A stretch of DNA of 64,000 nucleotides from Camelus dromedarius (lineage: Eukaryota). The position numbers and the translations under genes were made by a program. Location: the NCBI RefSeq assembly GCF_036321535.1, contig NC_087437.1:92754001-92818000 (forward strand). Reading direction: 5' to 3'. This document shows, in pieces, positions 24,316 to 37,639 of this stretch. The first letter of the stretch is position 1. Each line of letters begins with the position of its first letter. Below the pieces are notes generated by a model that searched no databases, was not told the DNA's origin, and worked only from the letters and a program-made list of their open reading frames with translations.

Positions 24316-24750
24316 TGTAAGGTCCCAGAAATAATGACTTTCTAAACTTGGAGAAGGTAATCAAGGAGAATCTGACCACTGGTTCATCCACGAGCTGAAC
24401 CCTGGCAATAAGAGTCTCTTCACCTCGTCTCCTGTCCTTGGAATGTACACGCTACCAATGTTCCCACAGTGAGAGCTATTCCAAGGACATAGCCTTGAAA
24501 GAGTAAGGTGTTGTTGAGACCATCTGGACTGTGCATACAACTGCACTCAGTTAAAGCTTTATATAAACTCAAGATTCTGGTGGATGGGTGCAGAAATCTA
24601 CTTGTCTTGCCATCCATCGCCCAAGACAAGTTTCATAAGTTCCCTTGTTTATTAAAACTGCCACCTGCCAATCTAGAGTAGTCTGCCTTTTCCTTCGGTC
24701 TCTGCTTGTCCTCTGTGTAAGAAAGACAGTTTCAAACAAGCAAAACTAAA
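24316..24750 (+). mobile_element. ERV1-type solo LTR adjoining a MIR remnant (~24215-24315)
   Basis: Starts tgtaaggtcccagaa. TATA box ctttatataaa at ~24557, poly(A) signal attaaa at 24651, then a U5-like ctgccttttccttcggtctct. Right boundary is uncertain. Confidence 0.7.
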
Positions 24751-25224
24751 AATTTCATCTCTAAAATGTTAAGATTATTGGATATCCATAAACCTTATAT
24801 GTTGCTGTTAGAGCTAAGCATTCTTTTTGCCAGGGAAGCTCTACAGACAGCTCAGTAAACACTTGATTTCTATCTTGTTGATAATATTTATAATTACGTC
24901 TTTTAGAAAATATGTTTTATTATATTGCAATCTATGTTTAAACTGATTTATTAGAGGAAATAGGTTCATATCCATTCGGCCTCTGGTCTTGGAGATAGAT
25001 ACCAACAAAGCCTTACTCACAGGGTTTTGTGATTAGTTGATCTTTGTTGAATACTGGACTGAGAATTGAATAAAGATATTTCTAATTTAGCAGCAAGATT
25101 GTTTAATGAAACTTATTAATGTGTATTAGAGGTGATCTAGTCATCTGGGTATCACCAGCTACTAAACAAAGGCTATGTCTTCTGTTTCAATGTATGGTCT
25201 ACTTTGGTAATATAGAAGTGTGCA

Positions 25225-25340
25225 GCCATCCACAAATATTTATTGAGTTCCTATTATGTGTCAGCCACTGTTTAAATTATTAGGGATATATTAGTAAAAA
25301 AAAAATACCCCCCCAAACTTTTTGTCCAAACAAGAATATA
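25225..25340 (-). mobile_element. L2 3' end fragment
   Basis: catccacaaatatttattgagttcctattatgtgtcagccactg. Confidence 0.7.
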
Positions 25341-26059
25341 CACATAGTGAAAGAGAGAGAGGGAAGGGGGAGGGAGAGAGAGGAAGATTAGAGCTAAGAA
25401 GCTGAGTGTACTTACACTAAGTCTCAGTAGAAGAACAATTTCCATGTCTTTGGTCAACTTTGCTCTCAGTTTACTCAAGAATAAAAGGAACATATACATT
25501 TAAAATTCAAAGTGATGAGAACAAACATGCAAGTAAAATACTTGTATCTATAACTACTGAACTGTGGATACAACACAGTTTTAAGGGTACTCAGCCATTC
25601 AATCTAAGCACAAATTGGTACTTGATAGCTTCAATACTTGCTCAGACATCATTATGTTTGCTTTACTTAAAATGTAAGTAAGGCAAATATAGAAATGCAT
25701 TCTCATTCTTCAAATGCTTAATTTCTGATGATCTTCATGCCCACCTCCCCCAATTTTTTTTTAAATAAGGATTCATTTAAGTACAGGGTTACAAAATATT
25801 TACATCACAAGTTTTTTTCCTGACAATGTTTGAATTGTACAGTTTTTATCCATCTGCAACTTACATCTCTGATCTTAGTCATTGTTACTCTTAATTTAGT
25901 CTTCCATTAGGAAGTAATAATAAACCATGAAGGCTGTTTGTAGCTGAAAAAGCAAGTAAGCATTTCCTAAGCTCAAGATATTAATTATATCCCTTCATGT
26001 TTCTAACTCTAAGAATATACATTTCTGTATTTTTACATATGTTTTTAAACTATGGCTGC

Positions 26060-26330
26060 TTGTGTCAGGCACTGAACTCATTTCTGGGAATATGATGGCT
26101 GAAGGTCTTTGCCCTTGCCAAGATCACATTTAACATGGAGAAACAAAACACATAAACAAAAAGTAAGATGCAAAGTGATCAATTAAGCTCTATTTCAAAT
26201 TACATAGGCTCACAGCAAGGAAAAGGATTATTTTTTAATAAAAGGGTTCCGAAACCTTCACAGAGAAGACACTTTCTTTCCCTCTTTAAGGAGGAATAGC
26301 AGATCACCAGAAATAGAAGAAATAAAGGTC
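26060..26330 (-). mobile_element. L2 fragment
   Basis: tgtgtcaggcactgaact..ctgggaatat..aaggtctttgcccttgccaagatcacatt. Confidence 0.55.
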
Positions 26331-29300
26331 AATATAAGCTAATTTATAAAAGTATTTAAATGGTTAGAGATCAAACTTTAAGTGAACACTAAATGTAATG
26401 ATTTTCATAAGCATTTTTTAAATAGAGACAAGTTGCTTGATGACTAATTATTCCATGTATCACCTTTTCAAAACCTTAGTCTTATATGAAGATCTTGATT
26501 AATTGATGATTTTCAACAGATACCTAGACTCTTACAATGTTACCCAATTGCCTAATCAAAATCTATTGGCACTAACCTGTTTTCTTTTTATTGTGACTAC
26601 TCTTTTCCAACACTCTGAATCCTCCGCCTAAAAAAAATCATCTTTGTGACTACTACTGAAATTAAAAATCTATGCCTCTATGTTAAGGTTGTCAGTCTTT
26701 TTTTGTGTGAAAATTTTTCTTATATTCAAAATTTAGAGAAAGAGCCATTTAGGTCAAGACATTTTATTAATATTTATGGCATCCAATACTGATACTTGGT
26801 TTTATTGACCCAATTCATGTGTGTTTTTTGTTGTCCAACCAACAAAATCTTATGTTAACTTATTTTCTTTAAGGTGCTTTAGTATTTTGTACCTCTCATT
26901 TAGGGAAAAGAAAAAGAAATGAGAAGGAAACATGAGGGAGAGAATGAAAACAAGGTCTTATGATGGAAAAAAAAAAGAGGTTTTATTTATATGTTTAATA
27001 GAAATCTAAAGCATCCAAAAAATTCCCACAATCTATCTCCTCAGACAGATCAAGGAGGCATTACAGGAAACCTATAGCAGAAAGAAAATGTCAAGGAAAC
27101 ATCACAGATATAAAACAGATTTTTTTCATGAACAAATCGTTTCTAGGACATATTTTCTATAAATGCCCAGCACTTGCCTTGTGCAGGTGCTCTTGACAAA
27201 TAATTCTGCACTTGTAACTCTACAATGTTAAAAATCTGATGTTAAAATGTTAAAAAAACAAAAAAAAAATTGTTTATATATATGTATCTTTTCCATACAA
27301 CTGAATTCTAAATTCAAGTTAAAATGCTAATAAAGTATGTATCCTTAATTTTTGCTTCTGTCATTTGAAAATGGAGAATTTAAATGTCAATACAAATGAT
27401 ATTATAAATATGCAATGCTTTGGAAATCACAAATTCTAAAGTTTTTAATGCAAAGAGATATCAGCACTCAACGATTATAGGATACGTCATTTACTCTTAT
27501 TTCTGTTATATGGTTTTATAATACCCATTTTAAGTAGCTTGAGACTGTGACTCTAAATTGAGTTTCTCAGAAAAGGATTTTTTTAAGCATAATAACAACA
27601 AAGTTATTACTAAAGAGAAAGGATTTATTCCCTAAGTTTCCTTACAAAAGTCAATCATGCCTGCAGAGGAACTTGATTAATGGTGCATAATCTACAGATG
27701 TTATGGAAGCATTGTAAGTGAGAATGTTAATTATCTAACTTTTTAGCAGAAAGATAAGACTTTAACCTTTAGAAAAAGAAAGACAGGACTAAATAACTCA
27801 TGGGAATTAGTAATGGGATAGTGAGCTTTTTATATTCACAATGGCAACTGAAATCCATCCCAGGTGACAACTGACAGAAGCACATGAACATCAGTTTTTA
27901 CCAAGGCTGACACATGAAGTGTTGGCAGCCTCCTCAGCTTCATTCTAAATAAGAGTCTATATCTCTGAAGTACTCAAGAATACCAGTGTGCACACCAGAC
28001 TAAATGCATTACTATGGGTTACTTGAAGACAAATGAAACTTTAACAAAGACTCAAAAATCACAAAGTTACCAAGTTCCCGTTTTACAGCTGTTCAGTCAT
28101 ACGGTTGTTGTGATGCACCATAGCTTGCCCATAATCTAGTGCAAGTCATTTGGAGTCTGTTTTGCGTGTGTGTGTGTTCTTTGTTTTGGCGGAGGGTGGG
28201 ATGTGGGGGGTGGTAAACACTGATTTTTGTTTAAAATAAAGCTCGTGGAAATGTTCATATGTACCAGCATTCAAATTCCCCTTTCTGCCTGAAGTCAAAG
28301 TTAATATAAAACAAAGAACTGCAGGAGTCATTCAGCTTACTTATGTAAATGATGAAAAGCAAGAGAACATTTTTATGTTAGTAATATACATTTTTTCTTG
28401 AAACCTAGACACATTAGATGATAGCCCTTTTGAATTGAAATGCAAGGCCTGCAACATTAGACTTTCAGATGAAGACTACTCCTTCAAAAGAAGGCTTCTC
28501 TAAAAATGCTTCCTCAGTATTCTTCAAGGGACCATCTTCTTCAACCTGTTTGAACCTTGTTCTTCAGACATTATTGCCCTTAAATCTTTTCCTCTCTTGC
28601 TCCACATGCTACCAAAATCATCTGATTTTTGCTAGGCTTTCTAACACCACAGATACATTGATGACTTCCAAGTCAATACCTCCAGATGAGCTTTATCAAT
28701 CGCATGCCAGGAGAGCGTATCCAATTATCTATCCCATACAGCAGATATGAATATGTCTGTGAAAGCACTATATCTAATAAATGAATACTCCTTATTTTTC
28801 CATAATTAAACTTAATTTCTATTTTGAGAACACATTTCACCTGATAATGAAAACAATTCAATCAGTGGAAGGAGCAATCTGTTTCTCCCTAGACTTGCTT
28901 GTAAATTCAGGTGACACAGTACGGTTTGAAGACAATCTGTTTACATACCCACTCTGTCATTTGCTGAGATGTTTCTGTTTCCAGTTTGTACTTTGCTCAT
29001 CCATCCACAAAATCAGTGCTGCAACCTCCTCTGCCCTGACATCATTCAATTCAGCCCACTTTTAGCCAAGTATGAGACATTCTAAGGTTCATGGAGAATA
29101 CTTTTTTGATCCCAAACCACTCAAGGCTGTGGGAAAGTCTGTGATGCCCTCTCTGGCCAGCCTACCTAGAAATACCAGAAGATTTCTTGTCCTCTTGCCC
29201 TTGCTTATTATGAGGGAACACTGTAATCTGTGAAATCTCCAGACTCTGGAGTTAAGAGAGTTCCCTTTCTGGAAACCATAAAATTTTTTTCTAGTATAGG

Positions 29301-29599
29301 GAGGGGAGGAAGTTTGCAGAAAAGAAGTATTTTAATCTTTTTTCATGATGAATGTTTTTCACAATCTTTCCTCTACGGCAAGGCCTAAACTAATGGGAAT
29401 CAAACCTAAGAATTAACTCTTTGGGTCTACTTTATATTGATCATCTTTTCTCTGGTAGTAAAGTAGAATCCTAACTGCCTGGGCTAGTGGATAGATCAAC
29501 TGATTCTAAGAGAAGGAATTAAAACATCATTTACATCTCAAGATTTTATCCTACCTCATCATTTTCTTCACGCATACCTTTCACAAATAATATACACTC

Positions 29600-30240
29600 A
29601 ATAGATATAAAAGTCATCTTTTCCCACCCAAATCTACCTTCTTTCTATGTGAGTATCTCAGTGAATGGCATGGCTGTCCATCTAGTAACTCCAAACAAAA
29701 GCATCTATGCTACCCAGGAGTCTGCTGCATCCCTCAAACGTCCCAGTAGTAACACTGTCCTGTGAATTCAAACGCTATACCAGCTCTCAAATCAGCTCCT
29801 TGCTTAAAAAAAAAAAAATCAGCTCCTTGCTTTCTGGACAGTGTTATTAGTTTAATTTCTTATCATTTTCTGCCTATACTATTGCATTAGCTCCACACTG
29901 AACTAACTCCTTCCAGATTTATCCTCAAGAGCACTGAAAAATATTTCCTCTAAAATATTACACCAAGCTATTCTGAAAATATTTACTCTTTGTCCGAAAC
30001 TTCCCTCCATCTAGTTAATTCCTACCTGTCCTATAAGAGTCATCATGCCTCATAACTCTGAGAAGTTTTTCATGATTTACCATCACCTCCACCACTATAC
30101 GCTTCTTCAAATACACTGTGATATAATTTTTGATCATTTGTCTCTCTGACAACACTAGAATGTGACAGGTGAAGTACTGACCATATTGAAAATGAGTCTG
30201 TGTTCTAAGGGCCTAACACAGTGCTAAGACTATAGCATAT
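29600..30240 (+). mobile_element. L2 fragment(s) hosting a solitary poly(A) insertion
   Basis: tatctcagtgaatggcatggctgtccatctagt, catctagttaattcctacctgtcc and gggcctaacacagtgct are L2 3'-region blocks. Confidence 0.6.
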
Positions 30241-30719
30241 CAGATTTATAGAACTGAAGTGACATCCAGCCTCCTCAATCAATATGACTTGCCTGGTGAT
30301 TCTAATTCTAAGCTCTGTTGCTTTATCCTCAAATTCAGTTTTTCCTCAAAGCCTTAGTCCTGTGAATGTGGGTGTTCTTATCTTACTGAACATTCTGTAT
30401 GACTCATAACTTTATTCCTCTAGATATAGGCATATAAACCAATCAAGTTTTAAAAAGAAAGGCATTTATTAATGCCATGAAAAACAAAAATTTTTTCAGG
30501 GAAAAAAGTATCCTACATGGCTTAGCAGGAAATACCATTTACATAGTCCAAATAATATATACATGATATATTAATCATCCAAAATGATAGTAAAACTACA
30601 AGGGATAGAAAAATGTGTGGAGAAGTAAAAAGATACTACCTAAATGTGAGACATCAGGAAGGAGACTACAAAGTACGTTATTTGGAAATATAGAAAGATA
30701 GACAAGGGCTACGGAGGAA

Positions 30720-31170
30720 CAGAGGAAGGGCATCCAACAGTCTGGAGGGAATCTAGAGATTCTAATGGTTTTTAAACAGAAATCCAATGATTCTGCTTCA
30801 CCCAACTTCACCTCCACTTCTACAGGTCTCTAGTGCTAGCCAATTCCTGAGCCTTTCAGTAATTCTTTAGTTAAATCGAATTGACTGTCAGCCTCCCACT
30901 GCGGAGGGTTCAGCTTTTTTGGTTCTACTCTATCTGTTACCAGCTGTCCTGCTGGTTTCCAGCCTCAAAAACTTTTACTGCTAGATCTGCTATCACCTCC
31001 TCTCCAAATTGCTTTGCCTCTGGATTTATGCCTTAAAATACATACGTATATATACATATGTATATAAAATATATACACATACATACATAAATATATATAC
31101 ATATATATATTTACTGAACTTTTAGTATAAGTTTCAGATAGAGAAGAGGTAACTGTTTATATTCAAACTG
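30720..31170 (-). mobile_element. Ancient L1 (L1ME/HAL1-like) 5' region with an internal (TA)/(TACA)n tract at ~31040-31110
   Basis: ccaattcctgagccttt..ttcagcttttttgg..ggtttccagcctcaaaaac..ggatttatgcctt..gaagaggtaactgtttatattcaa resembles antisense L1ME/HAL1 5' ends as I recall them. Confidence 0.55.
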
Positions 31171-32554
31171 TCTTTCTTCCTTATGATTTTTTTTTTCTCA
31201 TCACTTTCAAAGGTTCTCCTGTCACTCTTATTCACAAAACATTTTCATTCAGGTAATTAAGTTGTTCAGTGATGTAATACCAAAACTCAGAAATTCATTT
31301 AAATTTGGAGTTGTACTCTGGCTCAGCACTGGCAATCTTTGTGCTGAACCTCATGGTAAGACAGCATGGCTGACTTTCTATTTCCCCATCCGGTGCTCCT
31401 CTTTTTTTCCCCACCATCCATCACTCAGCTCCTGGTGGAACTGGGAAGAGGAAGAAGGAAAGAGGAAAAGAGCAGAAAAGTCTAACTCTACTGATTTACT
31501 GGTACTTCAGAGATCTGGGATTGGTGATCTCTCATCTTGGTGTATGTTCAAAGATGAATCTTTCTTTTGTAGAGTCTTTGAAAAACACCACCCCACTGCA
31601 CACCCACACATCATGGGAATGTCCAAATGTCGCAAACCTGACATGGCAAAGTTTCTCTCTGTTGTGTTGCTAAATCTTCCTTCTCAACCTCTATCAATCC
31701 ACCCTGTTCAAGCTCTCTATCCAGGCCACACAGTCCTTCCAGTCAAATCTTCTAGCAAAAAACTATTTCTCAAGCCCACCTTCAGTCAATAGATTCTCCA
31801 ATTTGTCAAACACTTGGTGGGCAGGTGACTTTCAGTGAAGCATGTCTCTTCACCATCCCATCAGAGCAACTACCCAGCCACAGCCTCTGCTTTTACAATT
31901 TTCTAGGAATGGACATAGCACCATCCTTTGTGCCTAAATATTCAGGTGACCCAACTCGAGTTCTCCAAGACATTCCATGGAAGCCCCTCAGATTCTGCAT
32001 GAAGTGAAAGAAAAGCATTTTATTCCCTTCTCCCAGGGGCAGTGAGAATACTACCAGAATGCAACACGTTTCTCCAAAGAAATATTTTTTTCTTAATCTC
32101 TTTAATCTCAACATTTTTTTCCTTCAACTGAGTATTGGGCTAAGCATTATAAAATCTGTTCGGGGAATCTCCTCAGCAAGCTATGAGTAGGTGATCTAAA
32201 ACCTCACTTTGAAATGGTTTTTCCCCTATTTTTTTCTTCCTCTTCATCTTGGGACTTCAGCGAAATACGAGATACAGAGTTACCTATTTATATCCTCTTA
32301 TCCTCTAACTAGCTACGTTTAACGAATGACCTAACCTCCATAAAAAGGAAATTTGACTGTAATGATCTACGGAAGTCTTCTTATCTATAAACAAAGTTTT
32401 ATACATAGACATTATAGAAATATTTGCATTTGCTTGCATTACAGACAAGAAGTGTCAACACAGGGTATCTCACTGTAAGAAAGCATAGAAAATAGCTTAA
32501 TTAGATATGTTATGTAGATTTTGTCTTCACTTGACTCTTTAATACTCAATAAAA

Positions 32555-33132
32555 CCAGGTGCTGGCTAGGATTTGTAGTGACCTGGACACTTTTCCACTA
32601 GTGGGATTATAAACTGGTACAATCACTTTGGGAAACAGTTTGGAATTATGTAAACCTGAACGTTTATGCGGTCTACAGCCCTTTAATTCCACTAGTAGGC
32701 ATATGTACTAGAGAAACTCTTGTGCATATGTACCAGGAAACATTTATCAAAATGTTCATAGTAACATATTCATAAGAGTAAAAACTGGAAACAGATAAAA
32801 GTCCATCACATAGAATAGATAAATTGCACTCTTACATACAGTAGAATACTATGCTACAGAGAGAATTAATGAACTTCTGAGTATATAATATGCATGCATC
32901 TCAAAAACATATTGTTAAAAAAAAGCAAGACATATAAGAGAACACATTGTATGATTCCATTTACATAAAGTACAAAACTGACAAAAGTAAAAAATATAGT
33001 GTTTAAGGATACGTAAGTGGTAAGACCAATGAGGAAAATCAAGAGAATGCTAAAGTCAAAAATCAGGATAGTGGTTCCTTCTGGTGTTGGATGAGAGGTA
33101 TGATCAAGGAGGAGCACACAGGGCTTCTAAGG
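32555..33132 (+). mobile_element. L1ME-like ORF2 end and 3'UTR (tail resumes at ~33550-33625)
   Basis: gtgggattataaactggtacaatcactttgggaaacagtttgg, tagagaaactcttgtgcatatgtaccagg, tgtatgattccatttacataaag and aaaatcaggatagtggtt. Confidence 0.85.
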
Positions 33133-33134
33133 TC

Positions 33135-33540
33135 AATCATTCAGCAATTATAAAATGACATTATTTTGCATTACAAGAAATTTCATAAAAAATTACTGAC
33201 ATACATGATAGAAGAGCTGACAAACCAAATAGGAGAGAGTGAGGTAAGCCAGGATTTAGCAAAAACAAGAGCCACTGTTATCTCTGAGCTAAAGAGGAAA
33301 AAGAGGGAGGTGGTCTTATCAGAGCCCAGAATGGAACCACTTGGGCTCATCCAAGAGCCATGCAGAATTCACAGCCACTGCTGGGGAAGCTACCCAAGAT
33401 GCAGTTCACCCTGACCTAATGGAGGTGGAAGGGAACTCAGGTAATGTAGCCTGCAAGGGCCATCCTTCCTGTGAGACAGAGCAATGGACCCGAAACCAGG
33501 CCCAGGAAGGACACATCAAGATGGTAGGTTCTTTTACTTA
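33135..33540 (-). mobile_element. Probable ERVL LTR fragment (LTR41/LTR50-like) nested in the L1ME 3'UTR
   Basis: tgatagaagagctgacaaaccaaatagg..gtgaggtaagccagg..ttagcaa..agccactg..gaggtggtcttatcagagcccaga. Confidence 0.45.
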
Positions 33541-33713
33541 AGGGAGTAGCAAGTACATATATGTCCGTTTTATCATTACTCTTTAAACTAAATATATACA
33601 GGTTAATTTTATGCACAATATATGTTGTGATTTTTTTTTTTTTTTTGATTCTTCTTCTCCAAGCATGGGGAGAAAGTTTTTGCTTAGTGGATTGTATCAG
33701 TGAATTTTAGTAC

Positions 33714-33831
33714 ATTGCAGATATAGATGAGCTTTCCAGATAGAATACTTTCTTAATGTAAGATATTTTTAAATTGCAGATATATATGACCTTTGCAGAC
33801 TGAATACTCTATTAATGTAAGATTCTTGTAA
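33714..33831. repeat. Two-copy 59-bp tandem duplication
   Basis: 33714-33772 versus 33773-33831: ungapped alignment with 49/59 identical. Confidence 0.9.
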
Positions 33832-33837
33832 ATCCTA

Positions 33838-33960
33838 ACCAGTTTTCATATAAGTAAAATGGACATAATAACCCCTACTTTGCAGTTATTTCAAGTTCTA
33901 AGAGCGACAGTATGTGTGAGAGACCTAACACTGTGGCTGGGACAAGGTAGGACCTCAAGG
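33838..33960 (+). mobile_element. MIR fragment
   Basis: cagttttcatataagtaaaatggacataataacccctactttgcagtt..cctaacactgtggctgg. Confidence 0.7.
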
Positions 33961-35094
33961 AAAGTAAATGGCCAAGGGAGCTGTAAAAAATCTAGTGAGG
34001 CTTTTTCTGACTTCAGGACTTGACCAGAAAAAAAAGTCATAAATTCTCTTCCATATTCTTAAGGAAACAAATTAACATGCTTCCCTGAATTTTTAGTATT
34101 GTATTCATGCTTTGCTACTGGCATATTCAAAAGCAGAAGCCAACGCTAAGAATCACTGCAAAAAAAGATGCCACTGTTTAAGTATCCATTGTTCTAAGGG
34201 AGTCAAGGAAAAAATATGCTAAATATATGAGGAAGATTGGTCACTACTTCTAAAAGAAAAGATTTAAAATTAAAGCAACACAGACTTCAAATCACTTAAA
34301 ATCATAAACAATGGTAGGAATGTGTGGTTTATCAAGGACTGAAATATCCCATAGCAGTGCAGTGAATTTTCATTGATATATAAGTGGTTGCCTATTATTT
34401 GCAACAATGAAGAGGACTAATTTAACATAAGAATGTAGCAGGAGAAGCAATGCTGGCTTAATAATAGGTTCATTCTCGGCAGGAATTCATATGAGTGAGT
34501 AGGGAAAATGAGGATAGTTGCGAGGTGGGAAGGAGAAGGCAGAACGAGATGACTGCAAACCGCATGGCATCTTTGCTTAGAAGTCTATTACATGAATGTG
34601 CCAAGGAGCTGTTTCAGTGCCCTACTGTGTGAGTCAAGAAATGTGACTCAAACTTGACAAAGGACAAAAGGTAAAGACTAGGTGAAGCTGACAGACTTCA
34701 GGGATCTCTGTTACTGGCTGTTACCTTCCCAGTGTCGTTGGCAGAAGATGAAAACGGCCCCTGGCACACAGAGCTGCAGGTGCACAACCCAGACTTGGGT
34801 ACAGAGCAGCAGGGGAAGGAAAGGTGCCCCCTTCACTGGAATACAATTTGTTAAAGGAAACTGTACATTCTGTGGAAATATTTACCCCGATTTGGAAATT
34901 AGTGGTTGCCTTAGCAACACTTGAATCCCTTGAGGCTCACACACAGTGCTAATTTCAATTCATGGACACCTTCACAGGTGAGGGATGCAAACAATAACTT
35001 GAGCATCCCATTTGGCATGCCTCTCGTAGGAAATGAGATTTCCCTCTGCCTATAAAAATATCCTGATAATAACCCCCATTTATCAGTATCTTCT

Positions 35095-35290
35095 GTACAC
35101 CAAGTGATTCGCTGTCAGCTTCACATTTGATCTCATTTGGTGGCCACTGCAAGCCTGCAAGGTCAGCAATATGATTCCCATTTTACAGATGAAAAATGAG
35201 CCATAGAGAGGCTACATTAATTTCTCAAGGTTGCCCTTGTGGCAGTTCGATGATTTTAACTCAGATTTGGCTGACTCCAAAATTCCATGC
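35095..35290 (-). mobile_element. MIR fragment
   Basis: attcccattttacagatgaaaaatgag..tctcaaggttg..aactcagatttggctgactccaaa. Confidence 0.75.
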
Positions 35291-36699
35291 CCTTTTAGCA
35301 TTTCTACCTTTGGTAAGAATAATACAAAATTTGTAAACCTGAAAAGCCCTTTAGGAATTATTCTGCACAATGTCCTCAATTAAAACATAAGGTACTAGAG
35401 GCACAACAAGGCCCAGAGGTCTATCACAGTTCCATGGCCAATAATGGCAGAGTTGAGAATTGAATTCAGGCTTCAGGACTCTATTTGAGCCCTCATTTAT
35501 GGAAGGTCACCTTTGAGCCATCTAAACTGGGATGTTTCCAATGTTGGGTTGTATCTCATTCATTTTTACATGTCTTTTTCCATATATAGATAAATATAGG
35601 TAAAACTGAAGCAGAAAAAGAAACTGAGACGATTTCTGCGTTGTGTTGAGACACAAGTAAGAGTTTAACATATTAAGCTCAAAACATTACGGGTGACCGA
35701 TTCTCACAGGCCCTTTATGCACATCCGCACAGGTCATAAAGTACTCTTGCACCGTTTTCCTTCTCTTGTGCAAGGACTCACATCTGTGAGGTGCCCTATC
35801 TGGTACGAAGCAGTCACCCTGAAGTTGACAGGCACGTGAGTCAAGTGGCAGATTCATTTTGCACCTGTGTTTTCACAGGAGGTCAGGACTAGTCCAAAAC
35901 AAAACTGAACGGTAAGGATTATCTAGGGTGCTACTTATTAAACTCTTTTCTGTGCCACCGCCTCTTTTTCATGAGCTGATACTCCCTTCCCCAAATCACC
36001 AGGCTCTCCGTGCCGCCACACTGTCAGTCTTGCCATACTGTCGTCAAGCTATCCAAAGTCCCCTGCTTTAAAATCCCATTAAGACCTGGCCTCCTCCACA
36101 GTAACCTTATGCTCCAAAATTAGCTCTCATTCTTCCTCCTCCTATTCTTATCACAATTGCCATCTCCTTAATGATCTCAGCAAGTTGTTGAAAAAAAAAA
36201 AAAGGTTTCTGGTTGATTCTGAAACAAAATGGAGGCAATCTTTACATAAAATTGTATTGTATAGTAAATGTTTTGTTTCCCTGATCCAGCAACCTCTATG
36301 AAGCTTTTGTGCCTGTCTTATGTGTAAATTTGCCTTAATTTTCTGCAAATATTTTGATCCAGTGCTGGTTTTAGGCTCACAGGATCTTGCTAGGTGGTTG
36401 ACCGAGATATGAGAACCAAAGCCCCAAGGTTGAGGCGTGTGTCTGAAGGCAGAAAACTTGGGAAGGATGTCTTTGAACTGAAAGGAACTTATTGTTCACT
36501 ATCACTGAATTGGTCAAGACCTGATGATCTACACATCTATCAAACAACTGTCATGTGTGTGTGTGCCAAACACTGAAAAAAGTACAGGAAATTTAAAAGA
36601 AAAAATGAATAAGTAATAGTATTACCCTTCAAGAAATCTATAAGGTAGGGAAAGAGACAACACGTATGTTGATTAGAATTATTTGTAATAACTGTTTTG

Positions 36700-36910
36700 A
36701 TGAGAGGGCAATTTGGTGAAAAGATGGGCTTAAATATAGATCTATCTGAACTTGAATATTACCTCTGCCACTTATTAGCTGTGTGGGCCCCAGTAAGCCA
36801 CTTAACCTCCATAGGCTTCAGTTTCTTTATCTTTAAACTTCAGAAAATATATGTATACTTTTAAGGCTAGTTTAGAGAAAGCATACATAAGGCACCTGTC
36901 CTGGTACCAG
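36700..36910 (+). mobile_element. MIR
   Basis: cctctgccacttattagctgtgtgggccccagtaagccacttaacctcc..ttcagtttctttatctttaaa. Confidence 0.8.
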
Positions 36911-37639
36911 TATGCCTGGGATCAAAGATGTTATATACCTGGTAACTATTATCATTATTTTTTGTTATTATAATGATAAAGATAAGCTCAAGTCATATTA
37001 CACATAAGCACACAAATGGCTCAGAATTCACGAGAAGAGAGAGATGTCCAGAATTCAGCAATGGCTTAAAACAACAGGTAAAATTCTGGTACAAGAATGG
37101 AGAGAAGAGAGTGAGAATTTTAACAGCTGCATATTCAAAGGCAGAGAGAAACATGACAGTTCAGGTACTGCTGGGGAATCTGGATGGCTGCAGTCACCCA
37201 GTACCAGAACCAGGAAATTAGCTGGTAAGGTTGGAGACCAGGCCACAGAAAGACTTTATACCCATAGCAGCCATAAGTCCCTGTTGCTGAGTTATGCCTG
37301 TTGTTCCAAAGTGATTATGAATACTGCAAACTTTCACTCTTAAGCTTAGATGATAAATCATACGGTCACCTTCATTACATTCTGTGGTGAGAAATTTTGG
37401 TCTAACCCAAAAGCTGTGAAAAGTGCCTGAAGAAAGCTAACTTGGGGAATGGCATGATCAATTCTGGTTTTAAACGCACATTCTGGCAATTCTGTTAGCA
37501 GTGCTGGAGCATGGGTCAGAGAGGGCAATCTGGAAGCATATAGGACGTGGAAGTAAAGTCAGTAGAAGTTACACTTCCAGTTATTTTGTCTGAAATACAG
37601 TTGTAACTAACATATCTCTTCCATCTTCTTATTACTTCT

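Noticed and set aside
31262..31792. 176-aa ORF
   Set aside because: It starts at TTG, has no recognisable domain or clear exon context, and is consistent with a chance ORF.
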